Source: Trueperaceae bacterium (GTDB lineage Bacteria; Deinococcota; Deinococci; Deinococcales; Trueperaceae). Taken from it: a DNA stretch of 64,000 bases. This document shows, one piece after another, positions 1-9,042 of this stretch. The first letter of the stretch is position 1. The number at the start of each line of letters is the position of its first letter. The notes under the pieces were generated by a model, which did no database searches, was not told the origin of the DNA, and worked only from the letters and a program-made list of their open reading frames with translations. Position numbers and translations under genes: made by a program. The stretch spans positions 1,120,001-1,184,000 of the forward strand of contig CBDCDZ010000004.1 of NCBI GenBank assembly GCA_965215565.1. Reading direction: 5' to 3'.

Positions 1-784
1 CACCGACGGCAAAGACGAAGACTTGCGCACGCTCGTCGGTCCTATCGTCTACCACAAAACGCCCGAAGAACTCGCGGGCGACGCGCTCGCCGAGCACAAA
101 ATCATCCGCATCGACGTGGAGCTTTCGCAAGCTGAGCGGCTACGCTACGACGAGATGACCGCCAAGCGCAACGCCTTTTTGCAGGAGCGGGGCATCTTTT
201 TAGGGTCACTGCGCGGCTGGCAGCATTTCGTGCGCGAGAGCGCCCGCTCACAGGCGGGGCGCGCCGCCATGCTCGCGCACCGCGAGGCGCGCTCCATCGC
301 CTTCGGCACCGAGGGCAAGCTCCGCGTATTGGCTGAGCTATTCACTAAACATCAGAGTGACAGGATGCTGATCTTCACCGACAACAACGCGACGGTCTAC
401 CGGATTTCCCAGACGTTTTTAGTACCCGCCATCACGCACCAAACGAAGGTCAAGGAGCGGCACGAAACCTTGCAGAAGTTTCGCGAGGGACGCTATCCGC
501 GCCTCGTCACCTCAAAGGTGCTGAACGAAGGGGTGGACGTGCCCGACGCGAACGTCGCGGTGGTGCTTTCGGGGACGGGGACGACGAGGGAATACGTCCA
601 GCGGCTCGGACGTATCCTGCGCAAGCGCGAGGGCAAGCTGGCGCTCCTTTACGAAGTCGTCGCGGCGAAGACGAGCGAAGAGGGGGTCTCTAAGCGGCGG
701 CGCGAGCGTCCGCAGCGCCAGAACCCCACCGTCACGGGCGAGCGCATCGGGACCCAGGACAGCCTGGACTTCGAGGACCTGTAG
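1..784 (+). CDS. XPB/Rad25-like superfamily 2 helicase, C-terminal part (5' end outside the window)
   Basis: Frame is open from position 2. Helicase C-terminal motifs TSKVLNEGVDVPDA and YVQRLGRILR. Its stop overlaps the start of the DUF790 gene. Confidence 0.85.
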   Translation, partial: TDGKDEDLRTLVGPIVYHKTPEELAGDALAEHKIIRIDVELSQAERLRYDEMTAKRNAFLQERGIFLGSLRGWQHFVRESARSQAGRAAMLAHREARSIAFGTEGKLRVLAELFTKHQSDRMLIFTDNNATVYRISQTFLVPAITHQTKVKERHETLQKFREGRYPRLVTSKVLNEGVDVPDANVAVVLSGTGTTREYVQRLGRILRKREGKLALLYEVVAAKTSEEGVSKRRRERPQRQNPTVTGERIGTQDSLDFEDL

Positions 785-2013
785 TGCTGCCGAGCCAACT
801 TCTCATGCACCGCTACAAGGGCGACGAAGTGGTCCCCAAACGCTTGCCGCTCGACGACAAGCACAAGCAGATGGCGGCGGACGCCACCGCTATTTTCGAA
901 CGTTGCGTTGGACACAAGCGCGGCGAGTTGGAGGAGCAGTTGCAACTTTTAGAGGGGACGGAGACGGACTACCGCGTCAAACGCGGACTCGTTCACCTCT
1001 TGCACGGCTTCGCGGACTTTGAGACGCTCAGCCCGTTGGAGCCCGAGCGGTTGCGCGAACTCGTCTTTGCAACTTCAGCGCCGAGATTACCGAGTCAAGA
1101 AACGACGCGACACGTCGTCGTGGATGTAGCCGAGAGGTTGAGCGTGGAGCTGGAGCGCGCCGTTCTTGCCGAGCAGGTAGAAGCGGGCTTGTACGCGGAT
1201 TTGCTCGAGAATCAAACCCTCGTCTCCTTCGACGCGCCCGCGCCCGAGACCCTGCTGCACCGCTACAACCTCTCGCAAGCGCAAGGCGTCTTGTACCGCG
1301 CCAGCGACATCGTCATCACGGCGTACCGCAACGACCCCGGCGAGTACAAGCAGCTCTTCAAATTTCTTAAACTCTTCGGGCTGATGAGCTACATCGAAGG
1401 CGACGCCGAACACGGCTTTACGATTACCATTGACGGACCCGACAGCCTCTTCAAACCCTCGACGCGCTACGGCACCGACTTAGCCAAGTTCTTACCCGCC
1501 CTGTTACAGGTCAGCCGCTGGCACATGGAGGCGACGCTCGCGCCGCGCCAGACCTATGAGGGCGTGCCCGCCGAAGCGCGCTTCTCGCTGGACGACACCT
1601 GCGGGCTCGTCTCTCACTACAAGCGCGGCAAGACCTACGACAGCGTGGTGGAGGAATCCTTCGCGAAGCGCTGGGGCAAGACGCAGACCGACTGGAAGTT
1701 GGAGCGCGAAGTCGAGCTGGTGAGCGTCCCCGGCAGCGTGATGGTCCCGGACTTCCGCTTAGTCCACCCCGACGGGAGAACGTGCCTCTTGGAGATCGTC
1801 GGCTACTGGCGTCCCGAATACCTCAAGAAGAAGTTCGCGCAGGTCAAAAAATCGCTGCGCGACGACCTCGTTTTAGCCATCTCCGAGCGGCTGAATTTAG
1901 GCGCGGCGGGGATCAAACTAGAGGACATCCCTGCGAAGATCGTCTGGTTCAAGGGTAAGGTCAACCCGAAAGATGTGTTGGAAGCAATCGGTTTAGACAC
2001 CTTCACCTCTTAG
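784..2013 (+). CDS. DUF790 family (Bax1-like) endonuclease
   Basis: MLPSQLL start, RYNLSQAQG, DGPDSLF..STRYG, DSVVEESF and PDF..LEIVGYW nuclease-type motifs. Coupled to the XPB-like helicase. Confidence 0.85.
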   Translation: MLPSQLLMHRYKGDEVVPKRLPLDDKHKQMAADATAIFERCVGHKRGELEEQLQLLEGTETDYRVKRGLVHLLHGFADFETLSPLEPERLRELVFATSAPRLPSQETTRHVVVDVAERLSVELERAVLAEQVEAGLYADLLENQTLVSFDAPAPETLLHRYNLSQAQGVLYRASDIVITAYRNDPGEYKQLFKFLKLFGLMSYIEGDAEHGFTITIDGPDSLFKPSTRYGTDLAKFLPALLQVSRWHMEATLAPRQTYEGVPAEARFSLDDTCGLVSHYKRGKTYDSVVEESFAKRWGKTQTDWKLEREVELVSVPGSVMVPDFRLVHPDGRTCLLEIVGYWRPEYLKKKFAQVKKSLRDDLVLAISERLNLGAAGIKLEDIPAKIVWFKGKVNPKDVLEAIGLDTFTS

Positions 2014-2058
2014 CGCCTATCACCTCTTCAACCTGTTACCTCTTCAACTGTCACCCCT

Positions 2059-3108
2059 TCAACCCGCCACCTCTTCAAGGAGTGCCCGCCCCGCCGCTGC
2101 CACCTCACGCGGAGGGATGTCCAAGCATTCCAAGTTGTAGGGGCACTCGAAGGCGTAGCAGGGTCTACACGAGGTCACGCGGTGCAGGAGCCGAAAGCGC
2201 GTCGCCCTGGGCTGCCACTGGCGGGGCAACTCGGTTCCTGCAAACAGCACGACGAGAGGCGTGCGGGTAGCGTCAGCAAGGTGCATCACCGAGGTGTTGG
2301 GGGTCAGGACGAGCGCGGCATTTTTGACGAGCGCGGCGAGCGTTGGGAGGTCGGTTTTACCCATGAGGTCGCGGGCGCGTTTCCCCAACATATCGAAGAG
2401 AGGTTGGCTGCGTGCTCGGTCTTTCTCGACGCCTGTAATGGCAACAGGTAAACCTGTTTCTTTGGAGAGCATAAGGACAGCTTCGGCAAAGCGGTGCACG
2501 TCGTAGTTGCGCGAGGGGCAGCTCGTCCAAGGGTTGAGCAAGAGGTAGGGCTCGGTGAGGAGCGAATGGGCATTCTCCTCAGCTCCATTCGGGACGTGAA
2601 CCTCCAACTGCCTATCCACAGCGTGAAACCCTACGGATTCCACCAAGTGCAGGTTCCGCTCCACCTGATGCGCCGTATCGGACAGCGGCGTGACCTCGTG
2701 GCTCAAAACGCCGCCGCCCCACTCCTTGGACTCGCCGACGCGCAGTGGAATACCCGCGAGGTAGCAGGCGTACGCTGCCGGGTGCGGCGTCTGCTTAAAA
2801 GAGGTGAAGATGATAGCGGCGTCGAAGCGCCCTTCGCGCAAGAGGTCGATGAAGTCCAACTCGCGCTGTGAATCGAACTCCAAGCGCCCCAGGTCCTGCC
2901 ACAGCGTGCGCCAGGAGATGACCTCATCCACCCGAGGCAAGAGCGGCGCGGTTTTAGCTCCAGCGGGGCTCGCTAAGAGGGTGAGGTGCGCGTCAGGTGA
3001 GGTTTTCTTGATGGCGCGTAAGGCAGGTCCAATCATCACCACGTCGCCCATATTGTCCAGGCGCACGGCGAGGATGCGTTTGGCGTCGCGCCAAGAGGAT
3101 GAGGTCAT
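2059..3108 (-). CDS. Glycosyltransferase family 9 (heptosyltransferase-like)
   Basis: RILAVRLDNMGDVVM, NTSVMHLA and a C-terminal CxxCxxxxC cluster. Start moved to the ATG at 3108 (ATGA overlap with the upstream stop). Confidence 0.85.
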   Translation of the reverse strand: MTSSSWRDAKRILAVRLDNMGDVVMIGPALRAIKKTSPDAHLTLLASPAGAKTAPLLPRVDEVISWRTLWQDLGRLEFDSQRELDFIDLLREGRFDAAIIFTSFKQTPHPAAYACYLAGIPLRVGESKEWGGGVLSHEVTPLSDTAHQVERNLHLVESVGFHAVDRQLEVHVPNGAEENAHSLLTEPYLLLNPWTSCPSRNYDVHRFAEAVLMLSKETGLPVAITGVEKDRARSQPLFDMLGKRARDLMGKTDLPTLAALVKNAALVLTPNTSVMHLADATRTPLVVLFAGTELPRQWQPRATRFRLLHRVTSCRPCYAFECPYNLECLDIPPREVAAAGRALLEEVAG

Positions 3109-4103
3109 GCGGACTCCAGAAGGGCTCGAGCCTCCCCTAAGACCTCTTCCACCGAAAGGGTCTCCAAACAGGTATCGAAACCCAATCCCAATGGACACAC
3201 GCCCGCGTACCAGCAGGCCTGCTCGGTGAAGTTAGCAGGCACGCGCTCCGGGCAGTTTGGATAACCCTGCATGTTTACGTGCGGCGGCGCTTGACCGTAG
3301 CGCCCTACCCAAGAGGGTCCGAAGAGCGTGATAGTGGGTGTGCCGACAGCGGCGGCGATGCGGGCGGGACCCGTGTCAACGGCGATCATAAGGTTGCCAT
3401 AGGTGAGCGCGGCGGCGAGTTCACGTAAACTACCGGTCCGGTGAAGTGCGTTCAATTCCTTAGCGACGCTTGCAGCGTCCTTACCCAAACCAACAACGAT
3501 GAGATTCGCCCTGCAGACCTCTTGTAAGCACCGCCCTAGAGTGACGAATCGCCCTGGCGGCCACGCCTTGATCTTCATGCCCGCTTCGGGGCAGAGGAAG
3601 ACTAGGGGGTGGGAGAGTGGCTCGAGCCCCCCTTCCGCCTCCCTCCGCGCCGCCTCACCTACAAAGAGGTGCGGCGTCGGATCAGCCTCGCCGATAATCC
3701 CGTCTGATTGCAAAAGTTGCACGAAACGCTCGCCGACGCGCGCGTCATCCGGCGGGTTGCGCCAGAGGTTTGTCACCGTTCGCGTTCCGTGCGTGTTGCT
3801 GTACGCCCCCAACATCTCAGCAATACCGCTGTGGTTCGTATCCGAGACGATGAGGTCAAAAGGGGCGTTGTAAGAGGTGTCCAGCACCTTTTGTACGGCT
3901 CGAGCCGGATCACCCTTATCCGCATAGAAAACGTTACTGATCTGCGGGTCGTCCGCTAAGAGTTCACCGCCCGGCGCGAAAGTCAGGACGGACAATTCAG
4001 CTTTTGGATAGGTACGAGCGAGCGCGTGAACCGCAGGCAGCGCGATGATGAGGTCGCCGATGCCGCCCAGCAGTTCGACAAAGAGAATACGTTTAGAATT
4101 CAT
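3105..4103 (-). CDS. Glycosyltransferase family 9
   Basis: LGGIGDLIIALP and DTGPARIAAAVGTPTITLFGPS motifs. Confidence 0.85.
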   Translation of the reverse strand: MNSKRILFVELLGGIGDLIIALPAVHALARTYPKAELSVLTFAPGGELLADDPQISNVFYADKGDPARAVQKVLDTSYNAPFDLIVSDTNHSGIAEMLGAYSNTHGTRTVTNLWRNPPDDARVGERFVQLLQSDGIIGEADPTPHLFVGEAARREAEGGLEPLSHPLVFLCPEAGMKIKAWPPGRFVTLGRCLQEVCRANLIVVGLGKDAASVAKELNALHRTGSLRELAAALTYGNLMIAVDTGPARIAAAVGTPTITLFGPSWVGRYGQAPPHVNMQGYPNCPERVPANFTEQACWYAGVCPLGLGFDTCLETLSVEEVLGEARALLESA

Positions 4104-4903
4104 TATACGTCCACGGGCAAAACCTGCGGCGCATCTACCCGCCTATCCGTGACGGTCGTCGGCAACTCCTGATGGTACACGCCCGAAGGCATCACGCCGC
4201 AGCCGCCATACCGCGCCATCACGCGGAGTTGCGCCAGTACGTCCTCGCCCGCGTGCTCGGGCGGTAAGTCTTGCCAAAAGCTGAAACCGCCTACGTCTAA
4301 GAGCTTGTGTCTATCAAAGAGCACGCAGCCCGACGCCCACGCGAGTTTGTAGAGGATGGGGTTCTCTGGGGTCGCACCCAACCGCTCTTGCACGTGAAGC
4401 AAGTTCGCCGCGTTGTGAAGCTTAAAGCGCCACCAAGCGTCGCTCTCAGACGTGACGCGCTCGGATTGAATAGGACCTCTCCACAGCTCGACCTCTTGCT
4501 CATGAGGTCTCTCGTCGTCCTTGAACGACAAACCGATAAAGGCGTTTGTGACGAAGCCGCAGCTTTGCTCCGTGAGGACGCGCTCTAAGAGGCCCAGCAC
4601 CCAAGGTTCTAAGAGCACGTCGTCATCCAGCATCAGCACGTGAGGGGCAGACGCCTGCTCCAAGAGGAACTGCCGCTGCTCCGCGACGCCGCGCTTAGGC
4701 AAGTGGCGGTGACATTGGACGGGGACACCCCGATATTCCAACCACCGCACCACCGCCTGCACCTCGCCCCGCTCGAACACGCTCGCCTCGCTCTGGTCGG
4801 AGAGGATGACGCGGAAGTCCTCATAAGTTTGAGTTGCCAGCGTCGCTAGGGTCGCGGCGAGGGCGGCTGGGCGCTCGCAGGTGGGAATGAGTACGTCAAT
4901 CAC
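4103..4903 (-). CDS. Glycosyltransferase family 2
   Basis: VIDVLIPT start, DQS, LDDD (DxD) and GEDV motifs. GTG start at 4903 overlaps the upstream TGA. Confidence 0.85.
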   Translation of the reverse strand: MIDVLIPTCERPAALAATLATLATQTYEDFRVILSDQSEASVFERGEVQAVVRWLEYRGVPVQCHRHLPKRGVAEQRQFLLEQASAPHVLMLDDDVLLEPWVLGLLERVLTEQSCGFVTNAFIGLSFKDDERPHEQEVELWRGPIQSERVTSESDAWWRFKLHNAANLLHVQERLGATPENPILYKLAWASGCVLFDRHKLLDVGGFSFWQDLPPEHAGEDVLAQLRVMARYGGCGVMPSGVYHQELPTTVTDRRVDAPQVLPVDV

Positions 4904-6039
4904 GCTCTCACCTCTTGTCGTGCTCCGGTCTGCCCTACTCCGCTTAGAATCACAGGCGCGTAGTTCAGCGGCGAAGAGGTCTCTAAAAGTTCCCGCACCG
5001 CCGCCGCCACGCGCTCCGGCTCCACCCAGTGCAAGCAGCCGTTGTGTCCTTCCGGGCAGACCGACTTCAAGCAGAAGCGGCACGGCACGTCCTCGAAGAG
5101 CACGCGGCTAGGCACGCCCCACGGCGTGTGCTGCGCGTTGGTGAGGGCGTAGAGGTCTACGACGCTCGTACCGACGGCTGCCGCTAAGTGAACGGGGCCG
5201 GTATTGTTCGCAAGTAGCAAGGGGGCGCGTTCTAACAGGGCGGCGAGTTGGGGTAACTCGAGCCCCCCCGCCAAGTTATGCGAAAAGCTCGAATACGAAG
5301 GGCTCATCCGCGCCTGAATCTCAGTGATAAGTTCTCGTTCATTCTGTGAGCCCGTAAAGACGAGTTGGAGACCCAAACGCGCCAGCATGTCGCACGCGAG
5401 CGCGAACTTCTCGGGTGGATAGCGGCGCGATTCGGCGCTCGCACCAGGATGGACGGCGATCCAGTTGTGAAGCTCGAGCGGTGCTAAAAGTTCGTCTACA
5501 TATCCCCGTGACCTCTCGGACACCTCCACCCGCATCCGCTCGTCTTCTACTTCGTACCCGACACTCGCCACCAAGTCGAGCTGGCGGCGCACCTCGTGGC
5601 GAACGCCCGCCACCTCTTCTACATCGCGGACCCAATGCGTGAGGAGTTGGTACGGGTTCTCGCGGCAGTGGGCGAGGCGCAAGGGAATGTCGGCGAGGTA
5701 GAGCGTCAGAGCGGTAGGGAGCGGGTTTTGGGTATAGGTGGTGAAAATCACGGCGGCGTCAAAACGGTGAGAACGCAGCGTCTCGATAAAGTCTAGCTCG
5801 AGCCTGCTGTCCTCACGCGCCGCCGTCGCTTTGAGCCACGGCGCGTCGTAGACCATGACCTCGTCCACCTCTAAAAGTTTGGCGGCGGCTTCGCCTCTCG
5901 AGGAGGTCAGCAGCGTCACGTGTGCCCCTCCCTCTCCCAACGCTCGGATAGCGGGTCCCGTCATCAGCACGTCGCCCAAGGTGTCGAGCCGCACGGCGAG
6001 GATGCGCTCAGGTAAAGAGGGTGCGTTCCAGGCTCGCAT
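4900..6039 (-). CDS. Glycosyltransferase family 9 (heptosyltransferase-like)
   Basis: VRLDTLGDVLMTGP, HPGASAESRRY, NNTGPVHLAAA and CRFCLKSVC. Confidence 0.88.
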   Translation of the reverse strand: MRAWNAPSLPERILAVRLDTLGDVLMTGPAIRALGEGGAHVTLLTSSRGEAAAKLLEVDEVMVYDAPWLKATAAREDSRLELDFIETLRSHRFDAAVIFTTYTQNPLPTALTLYLADIPLRLAHCRENPYQLLTHWVRDVEEVAGVRHEVRRQLDLVASVGYEVEDERMRVEVSERSRGYVDELLAPLELHNWIAVHPGASAESRRYPPEKFALACDMLARLGLQLVFTGSQNERELITEIQARMSPSYSSFSHNLAGGLELPQLAALLERAPLLLANNTGPVHLAAAVGTSVVDLYALTNAQHTPWGVPSRVLFEDVPCRFCLKSVCPEGHNGCLHWVEPERVAAAVRELLETSSPLNYAPVILSGVGQTGARQEVRA

Positions 6040-7506
6040 TCAGTCCGCCCCGAGCGCCCTGCCCGCGCCCGTCTTGACCCTAGCGATGATGTCGCTCGTG
6101 GAGAGGTCGGGCAGGTACGTAAGGAGTTCGACGCGCCCGCCTAGCGACTGGACTAAGGGCGCTTCGGGCAGTGTCTCGAGGGTGTAGTCGCCCCCTTTAA
6201 CGTACACGTCGGGCTTGACTAAGAGGATGAGGTCTTCAGGCGTGTCCTCTTCGAAGGAAACGACGTGGTCCACGCACGACAAGCCCGAAAGGACGGCGGC
6301 GCGGTCCTCCAAGGTGTTCACAGGTCTCGTCGCGCCTTTAAGCCGCCGCACGCTCTCGTCGGCGTTGAGCCCCACCACGAGCACATCGCCCAGCGCCTTG
6401 GCTTGGCTCAGGTAGGTGACGTGCCCCCGGTGTAAGAGGTCGAAGCAGCCGTTCGTGAAGACGACGCGCCGTCCCTCGGAACGTAGATAATCTATACGAG
6501 CTAAAAGGCTTTCTAAAGGCAACCGCTTCGAAACACCCGAGAGGTAGCCGCGCAACTCGCGCTCGGGGCAGGTGGTGGTGCCGCCGCGCCCGACGACGAT
6601 GGCTGCTGCTGCCGCCGCGATCTCCACCGCCCCTATCGGCTCCGCGCCGCTTGCCAAAGCGAGCGTAAGGGCGCTCACGAAGGTGTCGCCCGCGCCCGTC
6701 GCTTGAGTGTTGGGCTGCGCTCTAGCGTAGGTGCGATACGGCGGACCACCTTCTTGAACGAGGACGCAGCCTTCGGTGTCGAGGGTCAGGGCGACGAGGT
6801 CAGCGCCGCTGCGCTCTAAGAGGGCGCTTGCGTAGGGACCCAGTTGTTCCGCCCGTCCTTCAGCTTGCGGGGCGAGCCGTAAGAGACGCACCGCTTCCTC
6901 GTAATTGGGCTTCGCCGCCCTGACGCCAACCTCTTTATAGCGACTTAGGTCTTTCGCGTCGGCAACAAGGACTTTTGGCTCTGACCTGTGAAGACGCTTG
7001 AGCGTTTCCAGCACTCCGTCTGTCAGTACACCGTAGCCGTAGTCCGAGATAATGACGGCGTCGTGAAACTGCCAGTGGGACTCGAGCCTCTTAACAAGCT
7101 CCCGCTCAGCCGCCCCCGTGACCTCTTGCGTGCTGCCTCTATCCAAGCGCAGCAACATCTGCGAGCCAGCAAAGACGCGCTCCTTGACGAGCGTGCGCCG
7201 CGCCGAGTCTCTGACGAGGTGAGAGGTGACGCCGTAGGGCTCCAGCGCTTCTACCAATCCCTGCGCGTCGTCATCGTCCCCCGTGACGGATAAGAAGGTC
7301 ACGCTCGCCCCTAACGCTGCCGCATTCACCGCCGCGTTCGCCGCGCCGCCTGCGACGCCCGCCCGCCGCGTCTCCGCTACGACGGGCACCGGAGCCTCGC
7401 GGCAGAGCCGGTGCGTCTCGCCGTAGACGTAGCGGTCCAACATCGCCTCGCCGACAACGAGGACGCGGCGGTGGCGAAAGTGCTCGAGTAGATTTAGATG
7501 GTTCAT
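6040..7506 (-). CDS. hldE: Bifunctional heptose-7-phosphate kinase / heptose-1-phosphate adenylyltransferase
   Basis: PfkB domain (EAPVPVV, GGAANAAVN, GAGDTF) fused to an adenylyltransferase domain (FTNGCFDLLHRGH, KGGDY). Confidence 0.92.
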   Translation of the reverse strand: MNHLNLLEHFRHRRVLVVGEAMLDRYVYGETHRLCREAPVPVVAETRRAGVAGGAANAAVNAAALGASVTFLSVTGDDDDAQGLVEALEPYGVTSHLVRDSARRTLVKERVFAGSQMLLRLDRGSTQEVTGAAERELVKRLESHWQFHDAVIISDYGYGVLTDGVLETLKRLHRSEPKVLVADAKDLSRYKEVGVRAAKPNYEEAVRLLRLAPQAEGRAEQLGPYASALLERSGADLVALTLDTEGCVLVQEGGPPYRTYARAQPNTQATGAGDTFVSALTLALASGAEPIGAVEIAAAAAAIVVGRGGTTTCPERELRGYLSGVSKRLPLESLLARIDYLRSEGRRVVFTNGCFDLLHRGHVTYLSQAKALGDVLVVGLNADESVRRLKGATRPVNTLEDRAAVLSGLSCVDHVVSFEEDTPEDLILLVKPDVYVKGGDYTLETLPEAPLVQSLGGRVELLTYLPDLSTSDIIARVKTGAGRALGAD

Positions 7507-7584
7507 GCTCTCCCCCTAAAGAGGCTAGTCAGTGCATTAGCAAGTCAGCATTTCAGCAAGTCAGCATTTCAGCCAGTCAGCGCG

Positions 7585-8211
7585 TCAGGAAAACCTGAAA
7601 TGCTGACCCAGGTCAAGGCTAAGAACCTTTGAGCTTTGCTCTAACCTACGCTGAAGTGCTGACAGGCTCAAAATAACTTCAGTGGCTTCCGCTAACGTAT
7701 CCACGGTGTGATGCGGCAACCGCTCGAGGCTCAAATCCCACTCCGTCTCGCCCCCGCCATCTAAAAGAACTGTTCTACACCCTGCCCGCCGCCCAGCCTC
7801 TACGTCGTTCAAGATGTCGCCTATCATCCAACTTTGCGAGAGGTCTAAGCTGTGTTCTTTCGCCGCCCCGAGTAACATCCCCGGCTCCGGCTTACGGCAA
7901 CTACACCGAATGTCATAAGGTGCGTCACCTTCAGGATGATGCGGGCAGTAGTAGACCGAGAAAGGAACGCCTAACAGCTCGCGGAGTTTCGCCCACACCA
8001 CCCCTAAATCTGCCTCCTCGAAGTAGCCCCGCGCCACCCCAGACTGATTCGACACGACGACGAGCGCGAAGCCCGCCGCGTGCAGCTTGCGCACCCCGTC
8101 CGCCGCCCCCTCGGTCAAAACGACGCGCGAAGGGTCCACGTTATAAGGCACATCTTGAACGAGCGTCCCATCCTTGTCGAGAAAGATAGCTGGCTGTAGG
8201 TTTCTACTCAT
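7585..8211 (-). CDS. gmhB: D-glycero-D-manno-heptose-1,7-bisphosphate phosphatase (HAD IIIA)
   Basis: FLDKDGTL, SNQSG, CPHHP..CSCRKP and MIGD motifs. Confidence 0.9.
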   Translation of the reverse strand: MSRNLQPAIFLDKDGTLVQDVPYNVDPSRVVLTEGAADGVRKLHAAGFALVVVSNQSGVARGYFEEADLGVVWAKLRELLGVPFSVYYCPHHPEGDAPYDIRCSCRKPEPGMLLGAAKEHSLDLSQSWMIGDILNDVEAGRRAGCRTVLLDGGGETEWDLSLERLPHHTVDTLAEATEVILSLSALQRRLEQSSKVLSLDLGQHFRFS

Positions 8212-8224
8212 TGCTCGTTGCTGT

Positions 8225-8950
8225 TTAAGGCCATGACGTCTCCCGCATCGGTAACACAGTCAACTCGGGAACAACCGTCCCCTCGGGCTGCGTCAGGGCG
8301 AAAAGCACTGCTTTGGCGACGTTTTCGGGCGCTTGGAGCACGCCGGGGTCGGTGTCGGGGAAGCGGTCCATGATGAAGGGCGTGCGCATCCCGCCTGCGA
8401 CGACGGCGGTGACGCGCACGTTGCAAGGACGCGCCTCGACGTGCAGGGCGTGGGAGAGACCTAAAAGCCCCCACTTCGAGGCGTGGTACGCCGAGGCGTT
8501 CGCCCAGGTGCGCTTCGCCGCTGTGGAGCTTATATTGATGATGCTGCCGCCGCGCCCTTTCATGAGGGGCAGCGCGAGCTTGGAGAGCACGAAGGGCGCG
8601 CGCAGGTTGACCTCTTGCACGCGGTCCCAGTCATCTAAGCTCAGTTCCTCTATGGACACTGTGATGTCGGTGCCCGCGTTGTTGATTAGGGTGTCGAGCT
8701 GACCGTAGCGCTCCACGATATCGTTCACGACACGCTCTGCTTGTGCGTCGTCGCGCACGTCGAGGTGGATAGGCTGCGCGTCCAACCCCTCCTCTTGCAG
8801 TGCGCTCGTCACCTTCTCGGCGTTGTCCAAATTGATGTCGGCGCAGACCACCCGTGCGCCCGCCGCCGCCAGGGTGCGACACAGCGCCGCGCCGAGCCCG
8901 CTGCCACCGCCGGTGATGAGGGTGACTTGTCCTGTAAGTTCGTCTGCCAT
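8225..8950 (-). CDS. Classical SDR oxidoreductase
   Basis: TGGGSGLG, NNAG and YHASK motifs. Confidence 0.9.
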   Translation of the reverse strand: MADELTGQVTLITGGGSGLGAALCRTLAAAGARVVCADINLDNAEKVTSALQEEGLDAQPIHLDVRDDAQAERVVNDIVERYGQLDTLINNAGTDITVSIEELSLDDWDRVQEVNLRAPFVLSKLALPLMKGRGGSIINISSTAAKRTWANASAYHASKWGLLGLSHALHVEARPCNVRVTAVVAGGMRTPFIMDRFPDTDPGVLQAPENVAKAVLFALTQPEGTVVPELTVLPMRETSWP

Positions 8951-9042
8951 ATCGTTCTCCTCGTTCTGTTTCGCGTTTGAAATCCGTTCGCTATTCCTAC
9001 TTCTTACTTCTCAATTTCTACTTCTCGCTTCTTACTTCACAT

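Noticed and set aside
8225..8950. SDR as the heptose epimerase HldD
   Set aside because: It is a 241-aa classical SDR (NNAG, TGGGSGLG), not an extended-SDR epimerase.
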